A DNA stretch of 64,000 bases from contig JAKAKR010000004.1 of assembly GCA_021813435.1 (NCBI GenBank), positions 120,972-184,971 of the forward strand, in the 5' to 3' direction. This stretch comes from Nanobdellota archaeon. Lineage in GTDB: Archaea; Nanobdellota; Nanobdellia; Woesearchaeales; UBA9642. The notes beneath the pieces were generated by a model, which was not told the origin of the DNA, ran no database searches, and was given only the letters and a program-made list of their open reading frames with translations. The position numbers and the translations under genes are program-made. Every line of letters starts with the position of its first letter. Position 1 is the first letter of the stretch. Below are positions 9,788 through 19,357 of the stretch, in pieces.

Positions 9788-9930
9788 CCCGCACCCTTTC
9801 CCATAGATAGGTATGGGGGACTAATCAAACCCTATACGTTCAGCCCGACACTGAGAGTACCTTCGGGAGCCTACGGCAAAGCCAAGCGTTGAACGCGGGG
9901 GTTAGTGGTGCGGGCGACAAACCTTTATAC
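9788..9930 (+). ncRNA. candidate structured small RNA (family unknown)
   Basis: GC-rich island in an AT-rich intergenic region. Long-range helix CCCGCACC (9788-9795) with GGTGCGGG (9908-9915); internal hairpins CCCATA-GATAGG-TATGGG, CC-UUCG-GG, GGC-AAA-GCC. TATA-like ATTTATATAT at 9778-9787. No long ORF. Strand and ends uncertain. Confidence 0.35.
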
Positions 9931-10154
9931 TCAAGGTTTGGATTCATTAGACCATTAAAAGAACAGGATTATCATATTCATCCATTCACGTAAAAAAGTT
10001 GGTGAAGTGTTTAGAGAGAATATCAGTTCTTGTTCTTTTAAGCGAAAAATTATATTCAACTATTCATTTACAAAAATGAGCACTATCACACGGTAAGGCG
10101 CGTTTTGTTGAAATAATTCTAGCCAGCGGTTTAATGGATTTATAATAACAACAG

Positions 10155-11546
10155 GTGATAGCAATGGGAAAGATAAATCCAGTAAGCTCAAAATATATTG
10201 TCCACACCTCAATCCAGATTGATGGTGTTGTTGATAAGCCCGATGTCATCGGTGCAATATTCGGCCAGACTGAAGGCCTATTAGGCGCAGATCTTGAACT
10301 GCGTGAATTGCAGCGTTCAGGAAAAATCGGCCGTATCGAAGTCAATCTTGACACCCGTGGCGGTAAGACCAAGGGAGAGATTGTACTTCCCAGTTCGCTT
10401 GACAAGGCAGAGACTGCAATTGTCGGCGCAGCGCTCGAGATTATCCAGCGTATCGGTCCATGTAATTCTAAGGTCCGTGTGGAAAGTATTGAAGATGTCC
10501 GTATCAGCAAGCGTCAATTCGTCATTGAGCGTGCAAAAGAGCTTCTCAAGTCACTCACTGATAGCGTCCTTCCGAACTCGCAAGAGATCGCTGAGGAAGT
10601 CGCAGCATCAGTACGTGTCATGGAAATCACTGAATATGGCAGGGATCGCCTTCCTGCAGGACCTGAAGTTGCTGATTCTCCAGAGATTATTGTTGTTGAG
10701 GGACGCGCTGATGTCGTGAACCTCTTGAAGAACGGATTCAAGAACGCAATTGCAGTCAATGGGACAAGTATCCCTGCAACGATTGTTGAACTCTGCAAGC
10801 AGAAGACCGTTACTGTCTTTGTTGATGGAGACCGTGGGGGAAGCCTTATTATCCAGGAACTCCTCTCAGTCACTGACATTGACTTTGTGACTCGTGCTCC
10901 TGACGGCAAGGAACTTGAAGAACTCACCAAGAAAGAGATCCACAAATGTCTACGCGCACGCATCGCAGCTGAACAGGTAAAGCTCGAAATCGGAATCAAG
11001 GACGGCGCCCCTGCAGGAACTGTTGATCCGACTATTCAGCAAGCAGTTGCAGAAAATGATAAGTTGACGGGTGAATCATTCTCAGTCATGAAAAAGACAA
11101 TGTCACGGCCAACTATTCCTGTTCAAGGACAGGGACAATCACCGCGACCGCAGTATCAAAACCAAGGGCAGCATGGACAGCCGCGACCAATGCAGAATTC
11201 GCAGCAGCGACCACAACAGCAACCGCAACAGCAGCCACAGACGCCGCGAAAACCTACACCGCAGGAAATAGAGCATTTCGGCGACATGATGGAAGATCTC
11301 ATCGGTACCCGCGCTGCATTCATGCTTGATGAAAAGTTGAGCATTTTAGGAAAGATCCCGGTCTCTGAACTCATCACGACCATCAAGAGCCTGAACGGCG
11401 GGATCTATGCAGTCGTGCTTGATGATATCATCGATCCGGATCTCGTCACTGCTGCAGAACGTGCAGGAGTAAAATTCCTGGTCGCAATGGATACCAAAGT
11501 CAAGGGATCAAATAAGTTGACACTCTTGACGACCGAAGACCTGTAA
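10155..11546 (+). CDS. dnaG: archaeal DnaG-type primase / exosome-associated TOPRIM protein
   Basis: Archaeal DnaG N-terminal region (IQIDGVVDKPDVIGAIFGQTEGLLG), TOPRIM with EGRADV and VDGDRGG motifs; Q/P-rich low-complexity insert near residues 318-365. Confidence 0.9.
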   Translation: MIAMGKINPVSSKYIVHTSIQIDGVVDKPDVIGAIFGQTEGLLGADLELRELQRSGKIGRIEVNLDTRGGKTKGEIVLPSSLDKAETAIVGAALEIIQRIGPCNSKVRVESIEDVRISKRQFVIERAKELLKSLTDSVLPNSQEIAEEVAASVRVMEITEYGRDRLPAGPEVADSPEIIVVEGRADVVNLLKNGFKNAIAVNGTSIPATIVELCKQKTVTVFVDGDRGGSLIIQELLSVTDIDFVTRAPDGKELEELTKKEIHKCLRARIAAEQVKLEIGIKDGAPAGTVDPTIQQAVAENDKLTGESFSVMKKTMSRPTIPVQGQGQSPRPQYQNQGQHGQPRPMQNSQQRPQQQPQQQPQTPRKPTPQEIEHFGDMMEDLIGTRAAFMLDEKLSILGKIPVSELITTIKSLNGGIYAVVLDDIIDPDLVTAAERAGVKFLVAMDTKVKGSNKLTLLTTEDL

Positions 11547-11665
11547 ACAGTTTTCATTCATTTTATTTTTTTTATCATTTTTTATCTTATTCTTCAGAAT
11601 CTTTATATATCTCGGCGCTTCTCTACAGTGGTTATTATAAAATTATTATTGATCGTGGGGGTTTT

Positions 11666-13507
11666 ATGCATATTCACGATTCATTAGAAGGCTTAGTCTC
11701 TACATTCAAAACAGTACAGGATCAATGGATTGATACGTATACATATACTATTCTCCCTTATCATCAAGGGAAGTTATCAGATTTTTTAAATTCCTCATCA
11801 TCTATCATTGCTGCATCAACACTTGCAGGGTTGGGATTTGGCGCATTCGCAGAATCTATGCATCCTTCATTCGATTTAAAGCATTTCTTAATGTTCTCTG
11901 CAGTTGCGAGCACGTATAATGCCGCCATCGGTTTTATCATGAAAAAGCTCTATGCTGAAAAGTATTTGAGTGAACAGAAAAACAGTGCACTGTCCAACTT
12001 TCATGATAATCTTATCGGATTGACGAGCGCTGTGCTTACAAGCGAAAAGAAGTATCATACACTCTTTCAGCATATGCCTGGTTTTGGGATATACTATTCT
12101 CAGGATGGCCGCATTATCGAGGTAAATGCGCTGACTCGTGACACATTCGGTTTTGATTCAATTTATCCTGTAGGGATCACTATCTTTGATATCATCTCTC
12201 CCCAATCACTTCCACTCGTACGTACGAATCTTGAAAAGCGATTGCGCGGAGAGTTTGTTGCACCGTACGAGATTGAACTTGTAACACAGCAGGGCAAATC
12301 ACGAACTGCACTTGTAGATGCAACATTCTCCACAGAGAATAATTTTCTTGCATTCCTCACTGACATCACTGAGCTGAAACAGGTGCAGCAATACGCATCG
12401 CTATTCATGCATTTTGCAAATAAAAGCCCGATGATGTTTAATTATTCTAAGGTGGTTGTTAATCCGATGGATGGGGCGAAGAAAGAAATTGTCCAATGGA
12501 CAAATGATGCATTCATCAAGGGAATGGGCTATGCGTCCGAAGAGATTGTCGGAATAGAAGTTGATAGATCACCGATACGCTCAAAAAAAAATGATCCTGC
12601 AATCTATGCAGAGATCGCGCGGCAGACGCATGAGCATGGCGGATTCCAGGGAGTGATATGGAACAAGAAGAAAAATGGTACAGAAATCAAGATTTATCTT
12701 GAGACATTTGAATTCCTGTTCGGTGGAGAGACCTATTATGGGAGCAGCGCGCAGGACATTACCGCTGATGAGAAACTTAAGGCAGAATTACGGCAGGCTA
12801 TAAGTTCCCGTGATGATTTTATGAGGGTCATTCGTCACGATCTCCGGACACCGTTTAACGCCATCTACAACTTTGCAGAATTCCTCCTTGATCCAGAGAT
12901 TACCCCTGCAGAGACTGCAGAGTATGCGCGGATCATATTTGAATCCTCAAAAGCAGCAGTCGGGCTTATCAAGAATCTTGAAGCGCTATCAGCGATAGAA
13001 TCAGGAATGAAAAGTTACCTGCCCGAATATTTCTCCCTGAAGCACATTGTCAATGAAAAGATAGATAATTATAAGACTATTGCTTCCGGAAAGAATATCT
13101 GCATCACCAACTGCATTGATGAAACAGTATGCGCATACGCTGACAGCGATGTGTTCGCGGTGGTCACCAACAACCTTATTGCGAATGCGGTTAAATTTGC
13201 GAAAAAGGATATTTCTATTAAAACAGAACCGGTCAATGATACCATGCTTAAGGTGATGATCATAGACGATGGTGTCGGGATGCCGCAAGAAACCATCGAA
13301 ACTATCATGACTACTGATAAACGCATAACTACTCCCGGGACTGCCGGAGAGCTTGGTTCAGGGTTCGGAACAAAAATCTGTAAAAAATATGCATTATTTA
13401 ATAAGGGCATATTCGGCCTTGAGAGTGAGGGCATTGGCAAGGGCACGACTGCATATTTTACTGTTCCAAAAGGTGTATGTCCTGAGACAGATAATTATAA
13501 AAAGTGA
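11666..13507 (+). CDS. sensor histidine kinase with PAS domains
   Basis: N-terminal hydrophobic segments, PAS-like repeats, H-box HDLRTPFNAI, HATPase_c motifs (IDDGVGMP, GSGFGTKIC). Confidence 0.85.
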   Translation: MHIHDSLEGLVSTFKTVQDQWIDTYTYTILPYHQGKLSDFLNSSSSIIAASTLAGLGFGAFAESMHPSFDLKHFLMFSAVASTYNAAIGFIMKKLYAEKYLSEQKNSALSNFHDNLIGLTSAVLTSEKKYHTLFQHMPGFGIYYSQDGRIIEVNALTRDTFGFDSIYPVGITIFDIISPQSLPLVRTNLEKRLRGEFVAPYEIELVTQQGKSRTALVDATFSTENNFLAFLTDITELKQVQQYASLFMHFANKSPMMFNYSKVVVNPMDGAKKEIVQWTNDAFIKGMGYASEEIVGIEVDRSPIRSKKNDPAIYAEIARQTHEHGGFQGVIWNKKKNGTEIKIYLETFEFLFGGETYYGSSAQDITADEKLKAELRQAISSRDDFMRVIRHDLRTPFNAIYNFAEFLLDPEITPAETAEYARIIFESSKAAVGLIKNLEALSAIESGMKSYLPEYFSLKHIVNEKIDNYKTIASGKNICITNCIDETVCAYADSDVFAVVTNNLIANAVKFAKKDISIKTEPVNDTMLKVMIIDDGVGMPQETIETIMTTDKRITTPGTAGELGSGFGTKICKKYALFNKGIFGLESEGIGKGTTAYFTVPKGVCPETDNYKK

Positions 13508-13549
13508 TTTTGATTAAACAAACTATATAAAACCTTTCTTATTTCTCTG

Positions 13550-14668
13550 ATGATGATATCGGTTATCGGCGCAGGTCCTGCAGGTTCGTTCTATGCGCAG
13601 CAGGCAATGCGACTGCACAAAAAAAACCATCAGGATACTGACATCCATCTTTTTGAGGAACACCGGATTGTCGGGCATCCAGTGGCATGCACGGGAATCC
13701 TGACTGACAGCGTAAAATCAGTACTTCCCCGAATCCCAAAGGATCTGGTGGTCTCAAAGATCAATCGGTTTAAGATTGTTGCGCCGAACGGGAAATCAAT
13801 CTATATTGATCTGAACAAGACCAATCTCGTTCTTGATCGCGCGCGATTCGACCAATACCTCTATGAAAAGGCCGTTGATGCAGGAGCGCGAGTGCATCTC
13901 GGTGAGAAATTTCTTGGGTATAAAAAAATTGGCAAGAATCAGTATCTCTTGAAGACAAATAAGCAATCCTATACGACAGACATGATTGTGGGTGCTGATG
14001 GCCCACAGAGCAGCGTTGCAAAAGCCGCAGGAATAGCCAGCAATCGTAAGTTCATCCTCGGACTGCAGGTACGCACAAAATATCCTGATCTTGAAGAAGG
14101 AACAACAATCATCCATTTGAATCGCGGAGAATTCTCCTGGATTGTCCCGGAATCACGAACTGTCGCGCGCGTCGGAGTGGTCGGAGTGAACAACAAGAAA
14201 TTGCATGCAGACTACCGCGCGCTAGTCGGCAACGCAAAAATCATTGCGCACCAATCAGGAATCATCCCGGTCTATAATCCGAAACAGTTATTGCGTAAAC
14301 CACGCGAGGATATCTTTCTTCTCGGTGATGCGGCGACCATGGTCAAGGCATCAACCTATGGGGGAATCATCTATGGTCTGCTCGCAGGGAGCTATCTTGC
14401 AGAAGATAAGGAAACCTATGTCAAGCGCTTCAATGAGAAACTTGGGAGGGATCTCTGGATCAGCCTTAAAATGCGCGAGTACATGAATGCAATGACAACA
14501 AAGCAGGCTGATGAACTCATCGCAATCTTTGAAAAACAGGAGAACGCAAAAGTACTTGCAGCGCATGACCGTGATTTTCCCAGCAAATTCATCGTGCAGC
14601 TCCTCATGAAGGAAGCAAAGCTCTGGAAATTAGGATTCCAGATATTTGGAGAGAAACTGAAGAAATAA
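13550..14668 (+). CDS. geranylgeranyl reductase family FAD-dependent oxidoreductase (digeranylgeranylglycerophospholipid reductase-like)
   Basis: N-terminal GxGxxG (VIGAGPAGS), conserved GGR-family regions (ACTGILT, VGADGPQS, LLGDAA). Confidence 0.8.
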   Translation: MMISVIGAGPAGSFYAQQAMRLHKKNHQDTDIHLFEEHRIVGHPVACTGILTDSVKSVLPRIPKDLVVSKINRFKIVAPNGKSIYIDLNKTNLVLDRARFDQYLYEKAVDAGARVHLGEKFLGYKKIGKNQYLLKTNKQSYTTDMIVGADGPQSSVAKAAGIASNRKFILGLQVRTKYPDLEEGTTIIHLNRGEFSWIVPESRTVARVGVVGVNNKKLHADYRALVGNAKIIAHQSGIIPVYNPKQLLRKPREDIFLLGDAATMVKASTYGGIIYGLLAGSYLAEDKETYVKRFNEKLGRDLWISLKMREYMNAMTTKQADELIAIFEKQENAKVLAAHDRDFPSKFIVQLLMKEAKLWKLGFQIFGEKLKK

Positions 14669-14751
14669 TATTATCTCTATTTTTCCATACCTTTATAATT
14701 TTCTCAATACCTTTATAATCCCCTGCCCTTTCTTGACTATCACGAATTACT

Positions 14752-15462
14752 ATGAAATCCAAGGAAGAGTGGAAGGTGTATGGGAATGTGTTCAGCAAGC
14801 ACTCTCTTGATATCCTCTTCCATATGTCGAGCCAGGGATATTTTGAGGAGCTGGAAAGCACGATCTCTGTCGGCAAGGAAGCAAATATCTTTACTGCAGT
14901 GCATAAGCAGGACAAGCGGATCATTGTCAAGATCTATCGCCTGGAAAACTGCAATTTCAACAAGATGTATGATTATCTCTCCGGCGATCCCCGTTATGTC
15001 GGGACCAAGAAACGTCAGCGCCTCATTATATTCTCTTGGGTACAACGCGAATACAAGAACCTGCTGATCGCGCGCAAGGTCATCAAAGTTCCCAAACCGA
15101 TTGCATTCAAGGACAACATTATACTGATGGAATTCATCGGCCACAACTCTGCAGCGCCAGAACTCAAGGACTGCAAACCCAAGGATCCGAAAAAATTCTT
15201 TGAAAAGATACTTAAGAACATCAAAAAATTATTTGAGGGAGGGCTCGTCCATGCAGATCTCTCGGCATTCAACATCCTCAACCATGATGAGGAGCCTATC
15301 TTTATTGATTTCTCGCAGTCAGTTCCTATCGAGGCCGAGAGCGCGCGGGAGTTTCTCACACGCGATATCCACAATATCTGCACCTATTTTCGGAAATTCT
15401 TTGCAATCAGCGAAGAGGAAGAAAAAGCGATAGTTGCAAATATTATTGAAAGAAAAAAATAA
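14752..15462 (+). CDS. rio1: RIO-type serine kinase (Rio1-like)
   Basis: RIO motifs: ISVGKEANIF (ATP-binding), LVHADLSAFNIL (catalytic loop), IFIDFSQSV (metal-binding); no N-terminal wHTH so Rio1-like. Confidence 0.85.
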   Translation: MKSKEEWKVYGNVFSKHSLDILFHMSSQGYFEELESTISVGKEANIFTAVHKQDKRIIVKIYRLENCNFNKMYDYLSGDPRYVGTKKRQRLIIFSWVQREYKNLLIARKVIKVPKPIAFKDNIILMEFIGHNSAAPELKDCKPKDPKKFFEKILKNIKKLFEGGLVHADLSAFNILNHDEEPIFIDFSQSVPIEAESAREFLTRDIHNICTYFRKFFAISEEEEKAIVANIIERKK

Positions 15463-15514
15463 TCTTCTTTAATCAAACCATCTACTTTAAAAACCGTTTC
15501 TGATTCCGGTTAGC

Positions 15515-16069
15515 ATGCCTGAGCCCGAGCTATCCTATGATTTGAAGATTACGAAGGATCGTATCGCAGTACTTATCGGACCAAAAGGCCAGACTAAGGT
15601 CGAATTGGAAAAAGAGACCAGTTGCAGGATCCAGGTTGATTCTGAAGAGGGCGATGTGACCATCACCGGCAAGGATGCGGTGATCCTGTTTGCGCTTCGC
15701 GAGGTTATCAAGGCAATCAGTCGAGGGTTCAATCCTGACCTTGCAAAACAACTCCTCAAGCAGGATGCAGTCCTTGAAGTCATCTCACTCAATGATTATT
15801 CCAAACAGAAAAACCAGCAGCAACGGCTCAAAGGAAGAGTGATTGGTCTTGAGGGAAAATCACGCAACACCATCGAATCGCTCACCGGCTGTTATATCTC
15901 AGTCTATGGAAAGACGATATCACTTATCGGCAGTATGGACACTATCGGCACTGCAAAACGTGCAGTCGAGATGCTTCTTGCGGGATCCCAGCATGCTGCG
16001 GTCTACAAGTGGCTTGAACGCCAGCGGAAAAACATGCGCAAGGCAGAATTAGGCGTTGAAGGATTCTAG
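15515..16069 (+). CDS. KH-domain RNA-binding protein (Dim2/Pno1-like, two KH modules)
   Basis: Two type-I KH GxxG signatures (IGPKGQTK; IGLEGKSR); conserved Rio-KH gene pair as in many archaea. Confidence 0.75.
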   Translation: MPEPELSYDLKITKDRIAVLIGPKGQTKVELEKETSCRIQVDSEEGDVTITGKDAVILFALREVIKAISRGFNPDLAKQLLKQDAVLEVISLNDYSKQKNQQQRLKGRVIGLEGKSRNTIESLTGCYISVYGKTISLIGSMDTIGTAKRAVEMLLAGSQHAAVYKWLERQRKNMRKAELGVEGF

Positions 16070-16307
16070 AACATTAATGAGCGTAGGATTTTTTTCTATC
16101 TACGTGAAGTCAGATTAATTGTACCGGTGTAAATAGTCGCGCTCACATCGCATATGATCCTGATTATCATTCGAGTTATTTGTTATGGTTCTGTTTATCC
16201 GCAGGTTCGCTGGGCGACAAATTTCCAACTTAACCTGACTTTATCTTCTATCCGAAATTATCTTTTATCCGAAATATTTATTAATATCCTCTATCCCCGA
16301 ATAGGCT

Positions 16308-18017
16308 ATGGGTAAAAGTGTGGATACGCGTGAGGGTGAATCAAAGACAGGAAAATCCGCAAAATCAGCAGCTACGCAGGTGACTGCTGAGGACTTAGCG
16401 AAAAAGCAGCGTGAGATCTCCGTCGCAGAGTTCTTTGAGAAGAACCGCCACCTTCTCGGTTTTGATAATCCCCGCAAAGCGCTCTTGACTGCAATCAAGG
16501 AAGCTGTCGATAATTCACTTGATGCATGCGAGGAAGCAAAAATCCTTCCTGAGATCAGTGTCGAGATCATTGAGATGTCCGAGAACCGGTATCGCATCAT
16601 TGTAGAAGATAATGGTCCGGGCATCGTGAAGGAGCAGATCCCGAAGATCTTTGCAAAACTGCTCTATGGTTCAAAATTCCATCGTCTGCGCCAGAGCCGC
16701 GGGCAGCAGGGTATTGGTATCAGTGCAGCGGTCATGTTCTCGCAATTGACGACCGGCAGGCCTACAAAAATCCTTTCCAAGACCGGCCCGAATAAACAGG
16801 CGCATTATATGGAGCTGCATCTCAACACGCAAAACAATAGTCCTGAGATCATGACTGATGAGGTGCGCGATTGGGATAAGGACCGCGGTACACGCATCGA
16901 GATGGACCTTGAAGGGTCTTATATGAAAGGAAACCAGTCAGTCGATGAGTACATCCGGCAGACTGCAATCGTCAATCCGCATGCAACATTTATCTATACC
17001 AATCCTAAGGCAGAGCAATTCATCTATGCACGTGCCACCGATGCCCTTCCCAAAGAGCCCCTTGAGATAAAACCGCATCCGTATGGTCTGGAACTGGGGA
17101 TACTTGTCAAACTTCTCAAGACAACCGAATCACGGACACTCCAATCGTTTCTTGTCAATGATCTGAGCAGGGTCGGTTCAGGCACTGCAAAAGAGATCTG
17201 TGATACTGCGCTGCTCGACCCTAAACGCAGGCCTGGAGAGATTTCAATGCAGGAAGCAGAGAAACTCATCGCTGCAATAAAGAATACAAAGATCATGGCT
17301 CCGACGACTGATTGTCTCAGTCCGATCGGCGATGAACTGCTCGAGAAAAGCCTCAAAAAGGAGATCAATGCAGAATTCTATGTCACGATCACACGGCCAA
17401 TCTTTGTCTACCGTGGAAACCCTTTCCAGGTCGAGGTCGGGCTTGCGTATGGTGGAACTCAGCCGAGGGACGGGGCAGTGAGTCTTTTGCGCTTTGCAAA
17501 CCGGGTCCCGCTCCTCTACCAACAGGGCGCCTGCGCATTCACAAAGTCAGTTGTGACCACGAATTGGAAAGCGTATGGACTTTCCCAATCCAATGGCGCG
17601 CTCCCAGTCGGTCCGCTCACTATCATCATCCACATGGTTTCAGTCTGGGTCCCGTTCACATCAGAATCCAAGGAAGCACTTGCACATTACCCTGAGATCA
17701 TCAAGGAAATAAAACTGGCACTGCAGGAAGCAGGCCGTAAGTTGCAGACGTATGTGCATAAGAAACATCGCGTCCAAAACCAGCTTGAACGCGCAAATCT
17801 CTTCGAGCGCTACATCCCTGAAGTTGCAGATTCACTCTCAAGACTCACCGGAGACAATAAGCTTGTGATCGAGCAGAAATTGAAAGAGATGATCAATAAG
17901 GAAGATATCAAGGCACAGATCTTCGAGATGGAATCGCTCAAGGGCGAGGGCAAGGATGATACCAGTGATGATAGCGAAGAGGATGCTGATGAGTCCCTGC
18001 AAGAGATAGAAGAGTGA
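16308..18017 (+). CDS. top6B: DNA topoisomerase VI subunit B
   Basis: GHKL/Bergerat ATPase motifs ([23 protein letters not shown]), transducer region; acidic C-terminal tail. Confidence 0.95.
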   Translation: MGKSVDTREGESKTGKSAKSAATQVTAEDLAKKQREISVAEFFEKNRHLLGFDNPRKALLTAIKEAVDNSLDACEEAKILPEISVEIIEMSENRYRIIVEDNGPGIVKEQIPKIFAKLLYGSKFHRLRQSRGQQGIGISAAVMFSQLTTGRPTKILSKTGPNKQAHYMELHLNTQNNSPEIMTDEVRDWDKDRGTRIEMDLEGSYMKGNQSVDEYIRQTAIVNPHATFIYTNPKAEQFIYARATDALPKEPLEIKPHPYGLELGILVKLLKTTESRTLQSFLVNDLSRVGSGTAKEICDTALLDPKRRPGEISMQEAEKLIAAIKNTKIMAPTTDCLSPIGDELLEKSLKKEINAEFYVTITRPIFVYRGNPFQVEVGLAYGGTQPRDGAVSLLRFANRVPLLYQQGACAFTKSVVTTNWKAYGLSQSNGALPVGPLTIIIHMVSVWVPFTSESKEALAHYPEIIKEIKLALQEAGRKLQTYVHKKHRVQNQLERANLFERYIPEVADSLSRLTGDNKLVIEQKLKEMINKEDIKAQIFEMESLKGEGKDDTSDDSEEDADESLQEIEE

Positions 18018-18080
18018 ATGAAAGATAAAATTGAATGTGAAATAAATAACTGCGCCTGAAGATAGGAAATAACAATCAAA

Positions 18081-19277
18081 ATGGCAAAGAAAAAACCAGA
18101 TGAAAGGAAAAGTGAAGTTCAGATGACATTCCCTGAATCCGGTGCTACTGCAGGACCTGCAGCAAAAAAATCCGTTGATGACACCAAAAAACCTGCAGAA
18201 GCATCGACTGCACGCACAGAACTTGTAGCGCTGGGAAAATCCATCGTTAAAAATATTACTGCCGGGGAGAATCCGAAGATTGAGCTCTCGGTTCGCGGAC
18301 TCTCCAACGTCATCTATGACAAGGATTCAAAGACCCTGACCCTTGGCGACAAGACTGCACAGCGTTTCTTTTTCAATGCTGCGCACTCCAAGAAATTCCT
18401 GCAAACAGTCGAGGTCGCTGCAATCTGCAAGACGCTTCTTGACGTGCAGAAACATGCAAGCCTCAGGGACGTTTTCTATATGGCAAAACGCACAATCCCG
18501 AATACCAAGATAAACCTTGTCGATGAGCAGAAGGAATCAGACAAGGCAATAGAGGATCTTGAGATCATCACTGGATTTTCCCGCGAGAATCTGAATGTGA
18601 ACGCAAATAAGATGGGTAGTGTCGCAGGAAAAGTGGTCATCGAGGATTCAGGAGACACTATTGATTGGTCAAAATTGGGAAGTGGTGGGTGGTCGATCCC
18701 CTCGAATGTCGAGAATATCAAGTTCAAGAAGGTCGATGCAAAATATGTCATCTACATGGAAAAGGCAGCAGTCTGGGAACGCCTGCATGAGGACCGGTTC
18801 TGGGAAAAACAGAATTGCATCATCATGTCCTCGCAGGGACAGACGACGCGCGGAATCAGGAGATTGCTCCAGCGGCTAAACACCGAACATAAACTCCCCA
18901 TCCTAGTGCTCACTGACGGGGATATCTACGGATTTTATATCTACAGCGTCATCAAATTCGGAAGCATCAGTCTTGCACATATGGCTGAAGAAATGGCGAT
19001 TCCGGATGTTAAATTCCTTGGTGTCACCATGGATGACATCATCAAGTATGACCTCAAGCGGCATTTCATCAAGCTCACTGATCAGGACCGCTCGCGCATC
19101 AAGCAGATGCAGAATTATGAATGGTTTGCAAAACACAAGGACTGGCAGCGCCAGTTCAAGATGATGAAGGAGTTTGATGCAAAAGTGGAAATCCAGTCTC
19201 TCTCGTCGAAAGGCATCAGTTTTATCTCTGAAAAATATCTTCCTGAAAAGATCCAGAATAAGGAATGGCTCGATTAA
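18081..19277 (+). CDS. top6A: DNA topoisomerase VI subunit A (Spo11-like)
   Basis: Spo11/Top6A 5Y-CAP region and TOPRIM (ILVLTDGDIYGFYIY); immediately downstream of top6B. Confidence 0.95.
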   Translation: MAKKKPDERKSEVQMTFPESGATAGPAAKKSVDDTKKPAEASTARTELVALGKSIVKNITAGENPKIELSVRGLSNVIYDKDSKTLTLGDKTAQRFFFNAAHSKKFLQTVEVAAICKTLLDVQKHASLRDVFYMAKRTIPNTKINLVDEQKESDKAIEDLEIITGFSRENLNVNANKMGSVAGKVVIEDSGDTIDWSKLGSGGWSIPSNVENIKFKKVDAKYVIYMEKAAVWERLHEDRFWEKQNCIIMSSQGQTTRGIRRLLQRLNTEHKLPILVLTDGDIYGFYIYSVIKFGSISLAHMAEEMAIPDVKFLGVTMDDIIKYDLKRHFIKLTDQDRSRIKQMQNYEWFAKHKDWQRQFKMMKEFDAKVEIQSLSSKGISFISEKYLPEKIQNKEWLD

Positions 19278-19357
19278 AATTCTTGTACTTCTCTCCATTT
19301 CCTGCTGTTCCAAAAACTTAATAAATAGGCTCGACGAAAGACGGAGTATCATCTCTC

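Noticed and set aside
9786-9935. tRNA, RNase P RNA, SRP RNA or TPP riboswitch identity for the GC-rich element
   Set aside because: No acceptor/T-loop geometry, no RNase P P4 or SRP domain IV consensus. A CUGAGA and ACCC-like pair occurs but in the wrong order for a TPP riboswitch. Kept only as an unclassified candidate ncRNA.
10064-10999. Antisense ORFs (10064..10510, 10317..10517, 10514..10999 minus) overlapping dnaG
   Set aside because: They lie entirely inside a well-supported conserved gene on the opposite strand and have Ser/Arg-rich low-complexity translations typical of GC-rich antisense frames. The same reasoning discards the many 60-150-aa antisense or alternate-frame ORFs inside top6B, top6A, hydB, hydA, the glycogen synthase, GH57 and GDE.
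14686-14719. Tandem direct repeat ATACCTTTATAAT x2 upstream of rio1 as a novel repeat element
   Set aside because: Two copies only, each containing a TATA-like CTTTATAAT. Most simply tandem promoter elements, not a distinct repeat family.
16240-16275. Direct repeat TATCCGAAAT(T)AT x2 upstream of top6B, motif shared with 25843-25858
   Set aside because: The shared ATCCGAAATATTTA is consistent with a generic BRE (CCGAAA) + TATA promoter architecture rather than a specific regulatory site.
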